Positions 38,641 through 57,726 of a stretch of DNA of 64,000 bases are shown here, one piece after another. Below the pieces are notes generated by a model. That model had not been told where the DNA came from. It saw only the letters and a program-made list of their open reading frames with translations, and did no database searches. The translations under genes were made by a program, and so were the position numbers. The number at the start of each line of letters is the position of its first letter. Within the stretch, counting starts at the first letter, position 1. The stretch is from Macrostomum lignano (taxonomy: Eukaryota): contig NIVC01000637.1 in assembly GCA_002269645.1 (NCBI GenBank), positions 101,866 to 165,865 on the forward strand. Direction: 5' to 3'.

Positions 38641-39831
38641 TATTGAACCTGTCAAAAGACAATAATTTTAAGCTGTCTCAAAAACTAAAGCAATAATTAA
38701 TTCGGCCAACAAAATAACTGGGAAGACTCCAAGCAGAAGTGCAGCGCCAATAACGCGAAGGCCAGGTAGAAGCCAGCTTATATGCAACAGTTAATGTAGT
38801 TACTGCGGGTGTACAATTCTAATACTGGGCTGCCAACCGACAAGGCTACTTTGCTAGATAACTAGAAACTGGGAACTCGCTAAGCGTAGAGAGAAAAAAA
38901 ACAAAAAGCCGCGCAAGGCCCCCGGCAACGCGGCGGCGGCAACCGGGGATAAAAAAGAAGGCCAGTACAACAGAAAAGCACGCAAACGCAAGCAAAGACA
39001 ATTCGATGGCTTATTGGTGTAAAAAACAGTTAGACAGCGCAAATCCGATACTCGCTACTGACAGTAGGAACACAAGTACGACAGCAGCGTGTGGACGAGT
39101 ATAAATAAGTTCAATAAATAAGCTGGGAAGCGGTAATTCCCGCGGATGAAATTTGAAACCCCCCCATTCCCAGTGTACCGGCCCGAGCTCAGACAGCCCC
39201 CCATCCCCTGTTTCATTGGATTGGATCCTCACTGCTTGACATGGATGGAGTAGCAAGTGGCGGGACAGACAACCAATAGAGTCAAGGAGAGGCGGGGAGG
39301 CCCCAGCAACAGAGTCCCAGCTCAGCCCACCCTGGTGGCCCGCAGCTGCTCGCACTCGGAGGTGAGCTGCGCCATGGAGTCGCGCATGGACTCCACCAGG
39401 CTGGTCAAGTTTTGCACGGTGGCCTCCAGATCGGCGACGCGGGATTCCAGCGCCGAGGTGTCGGCGGGGTCGGCGGCAACGGTGGCAGCGGCGGTAGAGT
39501 CGGACGAGTTGGAGTTGGCGAGCAGGTGGTTGGCGGGGACCTGCGGATTAGGGAAGGGGGGATCGGTCAGCCGTGCTTGCGCAGCCAGGGACGCAGAGAA
39601 CGGCAGGCCCACAGCAACTCCAGCATGCTTGGTGCAGTACGAGCACATGGAAAAGACATGCCGACAGCGCATAGCCCGTCATCCTGTGTGCTGCATGCTA
39701 TGCATGTGCGAGCACAGCCACCAACGCATAAATGTATGGGGCGCGCACTAGGATAGAGCTAATTAGTATAAAAATGTATCTGCCGTACAGGACTACAGGT
39801 GCGGAGTACACACCATGCCGTTGCTGAGCTA

Positions 39832-40125
39832 TAATCCCCACTACCGACACCCAATAATCCCCCTACCGAATCCTGATAATCCCCACTACCGACACCCAAT
39901 AATCCCCCTACCGAATCCCGATATTCCTCACTACCGAATCCCGATAATCTCTTACTACTGAATCCCGATAATCCCCACTACCGATTCTTGATAATCCCTA
40001 ATACCGAATCCTGATAACCCTCACTACCGAATCCCGATATTCCTCACTACCGAATCCCGATAATCTCTTACTACTGAATCCTGATAATCCCACTACCGAA
40101 TCCAGATAATCCCCACTACCGAACC
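39832..40125. repeat. About 23-bp degenerate repeat (ATAATCCCCACTACCGAATCCCG)n
   Basis: Direct reading. Confidence 0.85.
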
Positions 40126-40442
40126 GCTATTAACTTTATTTTGTTATAGTCAATTTTTCAAACGAGTTGAGGATTCCATATGCACATTCAGAGCTCCCCA
40201 GCACAGAATCCGCACAATCGGGACAAAAATGACTGGGGGAAGTGGTTGCCATGGCAGCAGTTGGCAGTAGAAACGGAAGCATGCATCGTGCAGCAAGACA
40301 AGGCTCGGTGTCGGCAAGGCCAAGGTTGAGATCAACAGGACACCTTGGCCTCAATGTTACCCAGGCTGGTTGGCTGGCGGTGGGCGGGTGAGATGGAGGC
40401 GGGGCGGGGCCGAGGGGGGTCAGGGTCCGCGACCCCGCCCTC

Positions 40443-44979
<4,537 letters not shown>

Positions 44980-45409
44980 GTCAGCTGCGGGCCAGAGCGG
45001 GGGCAGAGATCAGAGAATGACCACTTTAACATAAAAATGAAATTTAGTGACTTGTAGGCTAGTTTGCAATACCGAAAGTGCCAGAGTATTCCCCAGATTC
45101 TGAAATATGAATAAATTTTATAGAAACAAATATCTATTCACTACTATATTTACCCTGCACTGTAAAATGCTCCAGTATTTAGACGATAGATTAAATTGGG
45201 TTTTGAGATCTTCATTCAATAATAATATAATAAAAATAATTGATTACACCTGCACTGATATAGGCAGATCATGTGCAACTGATAGCTTAGTCACAGCTAT
45301 TATATAGCACATCTGAAGGCTGCATATGGTTGTTCAGTCCAAGGATGCCATATACACACTTAATTACCCAAGCTAGTGCTAGCACCTATTTTACAGCTAG
45401 GTGAACTAA

Positions 45410-45520
45410 AGCAATGCAGAGTTAAGTGTCTTGCCCAAGGACACACACTGTTCTAGGTGAGTTAAGAATCAAAACCCCAACTTTTTAGTCATGAGTCCAA
45501 TGCTCTAACCAGTAGGCTAT
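45410..45520 (-). mobile_element. tRNA-derived SINE fragment
   Basis: Minus strand reads TAGCCTACTGGTTAGAGCATTGGACTCATGA... (A box, decayed B box), then TGTGTCCTTGGGCAAGACACTTAAC, a widespread SINE body motif. Confidence 0.65.
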
Positions 45521-46257
45521 AACTCCCTAGGCTATAATATGTATTAACTAAAGTTATAATATAAGCAGCCTATATTATATCTCTATGAATCTTTGAAAAA
45601 ATTATGATATAGTAAATAACTATTCAAGTGTTCAAACTAGAGTTGAAGCATAGTCATATGCTTTATGACTATTTTCATAAAGCATAGTCATATTCATACT
45701 AAAATCATAATAAAATTCCAAGATTTTTTAATCTTGGTTTTAAAAAGTGCCAAGAATCTGAGATATAAAATAAAGTAAAATAAAGAGCCTTAGGTTGAAT
45801 ACTAATCTTTTGAATATATCATAATTACCTAGACATCAATATAAACACTTTGACTTCAACATCAATCAAATTAGGGCCAAAAATCAACTTATTATAATGT
45901 TACCTACCCATATTAAAGGATTTAGCCAAGTGTCTAAAAAAATGATACACCTAAATTTTTATGTTTTTATGAATTTAAAGTTATAATTCTTAACAAAAGT
46001 ATAATTTTTTAAATATATAAAAAGTTGTATAAAGAGAACTGCTACTTTTAGGTTTTTAGCTTTGTCTTAAGTCTATTTGAATTAAAAATCTTAAAATGTT
46101 GATCAAATCTTATATTATACTGTCAAAAAATATTGAATCTTAAAAATCTTAAAAATTCAGCATTGTTTAACCCCTACTAATTAAATTAAATTAAAAATCA
46201 TTTAAACCTTAGCTTAGGTTAAAGGTTCTATTCTATGAAATTTTATTGACTATCATT

Positions 46258-49200
46258 TTATCAACTAATATTTTGTCAACTAGATATTATGGTAACTTAG
46301 CAAATTGTTATAAAGAGTTACATAGCAAAAGTAGAATTTAATATTAAATTTGTTTAAAACATGTGATGCATATTTCTGTCTTTAAAACTGCATATGTTTT
46401 AAATTAATGTAATATAACACTTGTTAATATTAATAGCTAATAGGGCCTATATATACTAAACAAAAAAATTTGGCTTGAAGAAAATTCCAATTGACAAAAT
46501 GCTAGTTGAAAAATGTCTGGTTAAGCCCCTACCAAGATTAGGCCATGACTTAATTAAAATAAAGTTGCTCATTAGTTGTTACGAGAATATAAATGTTAAG
46601 GCCTTATGATTAAACAAATAATGCTAAGATGCCAAATACTAGGGCCTACTAAAAAGGTTTTGATTTTGATACTGATGCTAATAAAAGAAGATGCTAATGT
46701 CTTAGGCTAGACTGCTGGCCTTCAGTTTTATTTAGGTTTAGGTTCAGCCTTTAGGCTGATGCTTTTTGCTTTAACATCTTTATCTTAGACTTAGGTTAGA
46801 ATGTTAGATAAGGTTGCAGCCTAATATTTGGGAAGCTAACAAATGAGTCATGAGTGACAAGGGCTACCTAGGGCCTACCGGCGTATGTAAATCGCTCATC
46901 GTAAAAATAAAGTTGATTCATGATGGTAAATGCAAATTCATTAGCTATGCTGAACTTTCCAAAGTAACTGCACACGAACAGTTACAGTTTCAATTGAGCA
47001 TGGAAGTTCATTGCAATTGAAGTTCACTAGACTGAGAGTTCATGCAACTACCAGAAAGTACATTCTGCAGGATAAAATTGATAAATGACCACATGAGAGC
47101 TTAAAAATACTTTGATGTCAATCCGAGAATAATAAAAGTATGGCAGTTCAGTTGAGTTAGTAACAGTCAATATGCCTAAGTCCAGGCTAGCTAACAGCCA
47201 GAAAAGCCAGATGAAAAGAAATAAAAAATTTCCGGATTTATACACGAATACCGTGAACGTAATAAGGATGTTCTCTGACAATTCACGAATGCACAATGAG
47301 TAAGGTATCCGCTGTTAAGTTTATCTCTCACGACAGCCAAGGTCCACAGGCCCAACTCTCGCTATCGCCTTGCAATTCTGCAAAGTCAACACAGCATCAG
47401 GCCACAGGCTTCTCTGTGGTGGTAGCCGCTCTTGTTTTGCTCCAGTAGCCCCAGAGGTCACTTCAGTGGCCTGTTTCTCCTGTCATGTGAGCAAGTCACA
47501 TGACAGATCTTGTTTTCTTGGAGTCCTGGACTGTGTCTGTGTTTATGGGAGAATCAAGTGCCTAAGGCCTTCCTTTCTCTAAGGAGAGGAGTGACTCATG
47601 TTTCTAAAAATACATACTGAGTCACAGCCTAGTGCACTCGGCCTGGAGACCCCAGTGACGTCATTTCTAAAAATAGAACAAGGTCATGATGTCTTGTGCG
47701 TTGGGGGCAGTGGTGAATCCCGCGCTATAAATACAGACCCCCTCACCCTTGTTTCCGTCAAGCAGTTTCCAGTCTCTAAGTTCCCAGTATAGCGATCACG
47801 TTAGTCACTTGAACGCCCGTTCTGTGTCTGCGTACATTTAACTCTCTGCTATTGGTCTGACTGAGACCCAATCTAAACCCAACTCCAAGCCTACGAGAGG
47901 CTAACACAGCCCTCCCTACCACCCACCAAAGCCCGGCAGGACTGCTGACGAGACGCAGAAAATCTGCACGTTGTGCTGCGTTCGCTCGTCTTAGTTTTTT
48001 CGTCCCGACGGAAACTCACCCCACCGAAGGCGGAGACCCGACGGACTGGTGGCAGCACTACCTACGTACGCTACTGAGAGCTACAAAGAGGCTCGATCGA
48101 CTAATAAGGTTAAGCTTAAGTGCCTAAATCGGGAAGCAGAAAGCGCATCTAATTCACTTGTATAGAAGCTATCTTCGCAGCTGTTCGTCCGCTAAGGACT
48201 TCCACACGAAATTACCAAGGACAATGCGGACCTCAGTTCGTGTCGACTGAGTTCACGGACTTCCTCAGTTCGCTGATCGACATCAAGATCGCCACTCCGT
48301 TCTACTGCCCACAGCAGAATGGTGGAGTCGAGAGGTTTAACGGATTCATCAAGAGCTCATTGTGCGCACTTCTCACCTACGGCCTGCAGGGAAAATCTAA
48401 ATAAAGCTCGTTAGTTAAAAAAAGGTTCTTCTACATGTATCTCGGCCCAAACCGGTGAAGCAGGTGGTTCAGGAGCTGCTTCTGGAGTATCGGTCATCCG
48501 AGCACAAGCTGACCAAGAAGTTGTCGGCTGATGCTATCACGGAAGCTCCGCCTGCCTCTTGATCGTCTTTGACCAGCAAGCACCGAGTCAACGACGGACC
48601 AGGAGCTGCGGTGCGGCACGTCCCAGAGCGACAGCAGCATTAGAAGGTCAAGAGCCGTCGCTGAATGCACCAGCATGCAGAACCAGCCTCTGATCAAGGA
48701 CGCAGCGCTGACTGTCGGGAGCCGCGTCCGCGCCCGTCGGCCAAGGCGTGGAAAGCTCAGCAGCAGCGTCTCCGAGCAACAGACAGTTGTCAGTCGTGAG
48801 GGCAACACAATCACTCTGACCGATGGCAGCCGCTGGCACATCAGCCGCTGCATCCTGGATGACCGCCGCGGCTGGGGTGACGGGGCCGATGACACAGAGG
48901 CTCCGCAACAGCTGGACGGCGGGCAACTAGAGGCGGCGCCGCCAACGCCACTGCGTTGCACCGCTCTGAGAGACTTCGCGCACCGCCTCATGGTTCGGCA
49001 ACGTTGTGATTCCCACGATTGACTGACCTGACTAACTCACTGTGAGCCTTGGCATGTAAGCCTTGGATCCTGGGCTCCTTGGGCAAGGGGCTTCTAAGGA
49101 GTGAGGAGGCCTAAAGTATGCAACTATAGCTCTCCCCTATGGAAGAAGAAAGCTGAGACAAAAAGACTCATGGATATCAAAGCCTTAAATTCTGCCTTCT

Positions 49201-49600
49201 CCAATATTGTGCATAAATAAATTGCCGACGATTGTACTTAAGATGCTTAATCAAGTGTTTTAAATATTTTAACGGAAACCAAAAGTTAAGGCCTTTAAAG
49301 TATGAGTAAATATGTACTGTGTATAAATACAGTACATACCTCATGCTAATGTGCAAAGCATTACATGCACTTTTGCAACATGCTTGCATGCTTACAATCA
49401 GTGAAACCCAGCCATACCGCGCGGTACACGTTCTTAAAGTTGGATATCAATTATTCCAAAAGTCGTCGCCGAAGGCGTTGCGCCAGACCACACTAGATTC
49501 AGATGTCTTTAGTGTACATGTACACCAAAACTAAAGTACGTACATTTTTCGCATAAGCCAGCAGCTTTCAAAATGCCCCAGAAGTTAGAAGTGCATATCC
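46258..49600 (+). repeat. Segmental duplication, copy 1 (copy 2 at 60012-64000)
   Basis: Colinear direct similarity from TTATCAACTAATATTTTGTCAACTAG to the end of the window. Confidence 0.92.
47430..48960 (+). mobile_element. Degenerate Gypsy LTR retrotransposon: LTR-like part plus integrase fragment
   Basis: CTATAAATA at about 47726; PBS-like TGGTGGCAGC at about 48047; PHEI..DN.GPQFVSTEF.DFL...TPFYCPQQNGGVERFN, then LLEYRSSEH...GRKLRLPLD, then VGSRVRARRP. Confidence 0.85.
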
Positions 49601-50387
49601 TGTCCGTCCTACATGTACACGATTCGCCTTTGTGTACTTTATAGTCATTGAGATACGAGAGTATTACACCAATGTCCGCACCAATATGATTGCTGCCGGA
49701 GGCTGGATTTTCACCGAAATCTCCTTATCCGTGTGCAACCATCGCACAGTAGGTTGTATCGTGCAGGCGGAGGAATTAGCCTGGCACGGTGAGGATTCAG
49801 TATGTTCGACATACATGTCGCGGTCGAGGACAACCCCGATGGCTGCATTGCAGCCGTGTACAGAAAACTTTAAAAAACATTATTTACGCCATAGAATCAT
49901 AATTTTGTTTTTAACGGTTTGCTGCGGGCCTCAGAGAGATGTTGTTAGCAAAGGCCTGCGCTCACTAGCAGTATTCGGTGTATTTATTATTTCGTCAATA
50001 ATTAGCAAGACTTATTCACACGAAAATAACGCTAAAGCACTCGCCAGAGTTGACGCCAGTAATTTGCAATTAATAAAAAAGTAAAAATTGGATAAAAGCG
50101 ACAGAAACGAAAACGCAACAATTATTACGCGAATCAGTGCAATTGTCAACAGCGGACAGCCAACACGGGTGCTTTGCCTGCTGCCAATGCTGGCTAAGAT
50201 AAAATAGTGGTGATGAAATTGTCACAAATAACACAATGTTTTGTGCGGGACGCAACATACCACAGAAAGTGTTGATATATTAATAGAAATAGCTGACAAT
50301 GCTAAATAGAAATTAGACACAAAAACGCGACCTATTTACAGAAGAGTCTGCAGCCAGTACGAGTTTCGCAAGAGTGCTAAACAGCGC

Positions 50388-50819
<432 letters not shown>

Positions 50820-51656
50820 TTACGTCATCATGCATTCGATTTTCCAATAGTCAGTTCGCAATGGGTGGGAATGCATGCCAATGGGCTCCCAATAGTCTTA
50901 CTGCACTGAGCAACGCAGGTGCACAAAATCAGGCTTAGCTGTCTTGAAATACTAGCACTGCAGGCCCCCTAACCATCACCATGCTTCAGGAATTCTTATG
51001 AAATGTCAAATTAATCAAATATATCATAAACGAATTCCCAGCATTTCAAGCAGGTTCCAAAATGTTCGAGCCTGGTTAGTCCATGTCCTTCCAGTGTACC
51101 CTGCCCGCTGCTCCCATTTAGTTTAAATTGCTGTGATAGTAAATACCGCCTTACTAAAATCAATTTTAAACTAGCAAGCAGGTTTAAATGACAATAGACT
51201 TCATTTTGAAGGGACTGAGATAAAAGATGTATTTTTTCACACTGAACTAATGTAAGTTTGATAAACAATGAAGGGATACTTTTGCTAAAACAAGCCTTCC
51301 CGACAGTACAGTGGGGAGCTGTTAAAAAGATTTTTACGCGAAAAAATGGTAAACAGCAATGTTTTCTGAAAAAATAAAAAAAGCGGAACATCTGCTGAAA
51401 TTGTAAGTTTAAACAGTCAGCTGCTTGCCCCAGAGCAGTAGCACTGCTGAACAAACTGGGGGTGAGTACGGTAAGACTCAGAAATGAATTGCAATAGAGT
51501 ACAGGTATGTCAATTCTTTGGTTTTTTGATAGATAAAAACCGCGCTAAAATACTAGATAGGGAGGCGCCCAGTGCAGGACAGTATTGCAAAATTTAAATA
51601 GGAGACAACAGAAACAGTCTGGGCCATGCCCGAGTCAGACATGATGGCCGGCTCCA

Positions 51657-51830
51657 TCACTTGCTGTCAGCCTGGGCGTCAGCGGCCTGCTTGGCGGCAT
51701 CCTTCACCTGCTTGGCTGTAGCCTTGCTGGCCTTGGCATTCTTGGCAGGGGAGGCCTTCTTGGCGGCTCCCTTCTTGCCCTTCTTGGCCTTGCTCTTCCC
51801 TTTGCGAGCAGAAGCTCTAGACCGAGCCAT
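51657..51830 (-). CDS. 57-aa Lys/Ala-rich basic protein (H1-tail or protamine-like composition)
   Basis: MARSRASARKGKSKAKKGKKGAAKKASPAKNAKASKATAKQVKDAAKQAADAQADSK; GC3-rich codons (AAG, GCC) in AT-rich surroundings. Confidence 0.65.
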   Translation of the reverse strand: MARSRASARKGKSKAKKGKKGAAKKASPAKNAKASKATAKQVKDAAKQAADAQADSK

Positions 51831-54339
51831 TGCGTTCAGAGGATGCGCATGCAGAATAGGCAATGCAAATGCGACCTTAGATAAAGGTAATATTGGTCAC
51901 AGAAAACTGAATTCTTTGTGTTCTACTTAAATTTAATTGCAAAACCAACCAATTATTCTGGCAATACAAACAGTTTGCCATTGATTAAGAAAAAATAATT
52001 TGACAGCTCACTATTTATCATCATTACTTAATCTCCACATAAGCAGCCCTTGGTTTCAATAGGAGCTATAGCCTAGAGGCAAGTCGCAATATAAACTATG
52101 ACATCTTAAGATATATCCTTAAGATTATCCTATCCACAACTGCTAGCCAACCTAGCTTATCTGACCCATACAGCATAAATTGTGGTAAGACAAAGGGAAA
52201 TTGTAAAATATACAAGTTTTGAAATAATTTTTACATTCTTGACAAAATTTGACAACAAATTAAATATTTTACTTGTGTTTTTGGGGTTTCCAGACCATAC
52301 TTTCTGTGCCTATGCTTTTTGGTGCCCTTTACCTAATGAAAGCATTATAAATTTTTAACTGGTTTGCTTTTTTAATTTAGGAGAATTCTTTGATTAAACT
52401 GCATTAGCTGTATATAAGGCTGTAAAAAGCATGAATACTAAAAAAACTTAGTAGGTAAAGAATCTATCAAAAATGTTACATATATAGTTTCTATTACTTA
52501 AAATTATGAACATTAAGGAAAAGAAAGGATGGAGAAAGAGAAGGAAAAGATGAGAGAGAAAGAGAAAGAGAAGAAAAGAGAAAAAGGCAAGAAAAGTCAT
52601 ATACAAAGTGAAAATTAAGTTGCAATTGGGAGAAAGTAAGTTGTACCAGACAGGTGAAATTTTAAGGTTGGGCATATATATACATTATACATATAATATT
52701 CAACAATCTAAATTTGTTGAAAATACAAAGTACCTAATTTTTACAAATGTCAAATATTTTTTATCCTTTTGAATGAAAAAGATGGCACAGTTTACCATAT
52801 ATGTGCACAACCTTGGGAATCACCTGGCTGTTTCTATTGGCAACACATATGTAAGTTGCTATTGGCTGAGAGCAATCACATGACTACTATTCTGTCCAAT
52901 AGTGACATACATGTATGTGTATGTGGCCAAGTGAATCCCAAGGTTGTGCCCCAAGCAGGGTTTACTATGATCTGAATGAAAACCAATTGCATATTTAGAC
53001 TTCAATAGAGGCTCCTTGACCTAAGCTATATTTTCAAGTCTAAAAGATGCTATTCTTTTTAAATTCTCATATGCAATGAGGTCCTAGACAGCCTAGTATA
53101 TGGTATACATAGAAGACTAATGTAAAGTTTCTTAGTCTATTCAATAAAATAACACAATTTTTTGGCATGCAACTATTATTAGAGACAATGTACTATGCTA
53201 CATAGAATTATTTTGGCCTTGAAACATGATATATTTTTACTTTTTTAAATCAGTAGGCTCATTCCATATAAGATGGACATATTTGGAAAATAGAAAAAAG
53301 TCAATATTTTTGCTTGCCATTGCCTAATTAGCCTATTTTTTTACCAAATGTTTATATTGTGCAATATATACAATCTAAGAATAAAGGAATGGTAAAATGT
53401 TGGATTAGTATGTTATCAATTGGCAAAAAGTCATTTTTGTAAAAATTTGGACATTTTTCGAAGCAAAAGACATCATTAAGATTTTGTACCTTTTAAAAAC
53501 AAATAGAAAGCTTTTGAAGGTTGAAACAAACTATAGATAAAAGTATAGTACTTGCATCATCAGATAAAAGCATTGGTGACCAAATAATCTATTATATTTT
53601 TAATGTATTAGTACCTCAAAGTTACTGAATTGACAGAAAAAAATATGTTACGACCATAATGTTACGACCATAAGGCTGCCTTTTCTTTTGTATCTTTGTT
53701 GCCTTTTGAGTTTATATATTCTAATAAAAGAGTATGATTTCTAAAGATGTTCTTAGTCAAATTTTAAAAATGTATTGCAAAATATAAAAAATGAAAAATG
53801 TTATAAGACTTTTACCTTTTAGTTTCTATATGTCAAAAATCCTGTCATTACGACCATAAGTGTCATTTAAGGTTTAATAGCATCTATACTAATGATGATA
53901 TCTATATGAAACTCTATAAATATATTCTAGACAAAATAATCTTTCATTTAAAATATTGGTAATTTCTAAAATTCTAATTTCTAATTTCTAATTTCTAATT
54001 TAGCAAAATAATTTCTACTTATAATAACTTGTAAAACTTGATTACTTTAGAATTTAATAGATAATAAAATTACAAATTAGAGATTTAGACTAACTATATA
54101 TCAAAATAAGGTAAAATGCAAAATTTCAATGTATTTTTAAAAACTATGTTTATTTACATTTTTTGATATATTGTCCTCCCTTTTTTGGCTATCCTTCTCA
54201 ACTTTTCAAAAGTAAAATCTGCAAATTATTCTGCAACTTACTTAATTGCAACATCCATGTCATCTTTCATTCTGCTAAGGTTGGCAACTTTGTCAGTTGG
54301 TTGAAGTCAGAAGTTCATGCTGGTGTTGTTTATTAGTTC

Positions 54340-54850
54340 CACTGCTCTGATGATCAGAGCATCTCCTACATGGGGAAGACAAAAAGGCACCTACACACTA
54401 GAATCAGGGAGCACTGGCTGAAACCGTTGGCTATCCAAAACCATCTCTTAGAGTATAATAGTTTCTCCAACTGCAAACCCAAAGAGCACTTCAAAGTCAT
54501 TGATCAATGCTCATTTGACTCCAAACTCCAGATACTTGAAGTGCTGTACATTAAAGTGCATTCCCCCAACCTCAACACTCAACTCCAACACAGTGGCGTG
54601 GGACATGTTCTCCATGTGTTCTGAGGGAAGGGACACTGGATGTACATAATATACATCAAACTTTATCGCTATCATTCTGTCCCTGGACTTTGCCTCTCGA
54701 CTTTTGGACCAACAAACATGTATTTCAAATATTGATTGAATTTATACCCCAAAATTTTGTTTTTATTTACTGCCTATCTCACTCATTTCTTTCACTCAAA
54801 AATAAACCTGAAGATGCACAGTATTGTACGAAATGCATCATTCAATTAAA
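54340..54850 (+). mobile_element. Penelope-like retroelement 3' fragment (GIY-YIG endonuclease)
   Basis: SYMGKTKRHLHTRIREH...NH...F.VID......L.ILE.LYI....PNLN, followed by CTGAAGATG...CGAAA tail. Confidence 0.85.
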
Positions 54851-56096
54851 TTAATTTAATGTTGATTTTTGCCTTCTTATTCATTATACTTACCAAGCGA
54901 GCAACTTTACTTGAATACAAAGTAGATCTTTTGAACTACTTATAAATAAAATATTGAGGCTATGACTATCTAATCTTGGTAATGCTAAGACTGAAAGAAA
55001 TATATGCAATACATATACCAGTAATAATAATAGTTATATATTGCTCAGGTCAAATTTATATATAATACTATTAGAACTAAGTGAAAATGCTACCATATAT
55101 GATAGGAATGCTACTAGTAAAAAAATAATCAGATATATACTCAGACACATTCTAAGAATTATACTCAGACCAATTCTAAAAAAAGTAGAGACTTATCCCC
55201 AGTAACAACTTAGTAATGTCAGCTTTTTAAGACATTTACTAAGATAGAAGCAAAATCATTATTACAACTTTTTAGCATCAGGGGGATAATTCAAGAAGGC
55301 AGAAGTAATTCCTATGTCAACTTTGGTAGCAGCAATGGGATAGTTTTTAAAAGATAGAATATTCAACTTTATTATAGCCCATAGTCAGGAAAGTGGCATA
55401 TGCACGCTAGAATTAAATTTGGGAAGAGGTCCCTATGTATGCCAAGTTATATCAAAAATTGGAAATGTGATTGTCATATATGCCAAAATTAAAAAAGTTA
55501 TACAACTTTACTTTTGTGCTATAACAATAAAGGACCTTTTTCCATTTTTATGATTGACTTCTATATTTAGATTATAACAAAATAAGTTTTGTGTCTATTT
55601 TTCTTTTATAATAACTTTATATGAGAAGTCCTGGTACTAAAATTATTTTAAAACACAGTTACATTCTATTAATATTACTGTTTTATTTGTATTTGTATCA
55701 TTTTTTAACCACAACCTTTGAAATATTGATACATGCTTTTTTGCAAAGGTCAAGCAGCTCTTTTGACTTGAAATGCATTGTAAGAATGCTAGAGAAAAAA
55801 CTGACTGGTTGAATTCTGATTCTGAAATAGATTGCATCATAACAATAGGCTTTTATTTATCGTCTATGTACTGGCTGAATTTTGACACTGAATTACGTCA
55901 TAGTATTGAAAACGCAGTGTGGAAGCATAGCACAATACTTGATTTATATTGTGTAACCATATTGCTAACTTTAATAGACTGGTACTGACTTGCCTAAAAA
56001 ATTGATTATGTCATAACTGCTTTGTGTAACTTTTACTCAATTGACTTGGTGTGAGTGTTGAATTATAAGTGCTACAAATTCATATAAAATTTCAAT

Positions 56097-56156
56097 GAGA
56101 GCTGGCCTAGATGTAAACACACAGGACTGCTAATGCAGCAACCTGGGTTTGAATCT
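56097..56156 (+). mobile_element. tRNA-derived SINE-like head, copy 1
   Basis: TGGCCTAGATG (A box), GGACTGCTAATGC, GGTTTGAATC (B box). Confidence 0.6.
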
Positions 56157-56316
56157 TATACATGTACATGTAGTAGTGTATAAAAGAATAAAAGTAGGAT
56201 AAATTTTTTTATTGAAAGCTTTTATTAAAAAACTAATTAAAAGACCTGGATTATGGTGCTAGATAAACCAAGGATTACTGCACTTGATAAACTAAGGATT
56301 ATTGCACTTGATAAAC

Positions 56317-56614
56317 CATACATGCGCAACAGTCGGCCGAGTCGGCCAATCCGGCCGACCAATTTGGCGGCCAACCAAGGAAGTCGCAAAAATGCCCACC
56401 CGAAAAAATAACCAAGTAGTAGTGCTAAGTAGCTGACGAGGCATTTTGGCTTAATAAAACATAGTCATAGTTACTCCTGCCGTTTACCCAAAGTTGCGTT
56501 TATTTTGCTTTGTTTTTTTTACATGTAAGTCGCATTTTGGGCCAAAAACTACGTCGCATTTTTGTTAAAACTAAGTCGCATGGCCGACCGAATTTCGGAG
56601 GTTGCGCATGTATG
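56317..56614. mobile_element. MITE, 298 bp, 14-bp perfect TIR, 8-bp TSD (hAT/P-type)
   Basis: CATACATGCGCAAC...GTTGCGCATGTATG flanked by TGATAAAC (56309-56316, 56615-56622). Confidence 0.9.
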
Positions 56615-56624
56615 TGATAAACCA

Positions 56625-57030
56625 ATAGTCCTTGGTTTATTGAGTGCAGTAGTCCTTGGTTTATTAATAGCAATAATCCTTGATTAATCAAGTGCATTAA
56701 TCCTTGGTTTATTAATAGCAATAATCCTTGGCTTCTTGTAATCCTTGGTTTATTAATAGCAATAATCCTTGAATAATCAAGTGCAGTAATCCTTGGTTTA
56801 TTAATAGCAATAATCCTTGGCTTATTGAGTGCAGTAATCCTTTGTTTATTAATAGCAATAATCCTTGGCTTATTGAGTGCAGTAATCCTTTTTTATTAAT
56901 AGCAATAATCCTTGGCTTCTTGAGTGCAGTAATCCTTGGTTTGCCAAGAGCAATAGTCCTTGGTTTATAGAGTGCAGTAATCCTTGGTTTATTAATAGCA
57001 ATAATCCTTGGCTTATTGAGTGCAGTAATC
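56625..57030 (-). repeat. 24-bp satellite in reverse orientation
   Basis: Reverse complement of GATAAACCAAGGATTA(C/T)TGC(A/T)CTT units. Confidence 0.9.
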
Positions 57031-57103
57031 TAAGTGTTTTTATTTAGTCCTTTAATAAAAGCTTTTAATAAAAAATTTTACACTACTACTTTTAAACTAC
57101 TTA

Positions 57104-57162
57104 GATTCGAACCCAGGTCGCTGCATTAGCAGTCTAGTCTGTTCAGCTCTAGGCTAGCTCTC
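57104..57162 (-). mobile_element. tRNA-derived SINE-like head, copy 2
   Basis: Minus strand reads TAGCCTAGAGC...GACTGCTAATGC...GGTTCGAATC. Confidence 0.6.
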
Positions 57163-57726
57163 ATCGAAGTTATCAGTGAATTTGTACCACTTATATAATT
57201 CAACACTCACACCAAGTCAGGTAGAGTAAAAAGTCACACGAAGCAGTTATGACATAATCAATTTCTTAGGCAAGTCAGTACCAGGGTCTATGAAAGTTAA
57301 CAATATGGTTACGTAATATAAATTCAGTACTGCGCTATGCTTTCACACTTAAAGCTGTGACGCAATTCAATTGAGTGTCAAATTCAGCCAGTACGCAGAC
57401 GATAAATAAAGTATATTGTGATGCAATCTATTTCAGAATCAAAATTCAACAGTCAGTTTTTTTCTAGCATTCTTACAATGCATTTCAAGTCGAAAGAACT
57501 GCTTGACCTTTGCAAGAAAGCATGTTTTTTGAATATTTAATCCCTTTAGCATTGAGCAATTTCTTAGCCAAGATACATGTACTGTCACGGGAAAATTTCT
57601 GATTGAACAGTGCAAGTTTGAAGAAAATCGGTCAAGCCATTCGGGAGATAATTGATTTCGTACATACAAACATGAAGCATACAAGTGCTTTATTATAAGT
57701 GCTACAAATTCATATAAAATTTCAAT

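Noticed and set aside
49632-50084. 150-aa ORF with AGGWIF, faintly like GSGW motifs of polymerase-bearing elements
   Set aside because: No further motif support and non-coding-like codon usage.
50250-50387. Replication-dependent histone 3' stem-loop
   Set aside because: No GGCYCTTTTCAGRGCC-type hairpin is visible downstream of H3.
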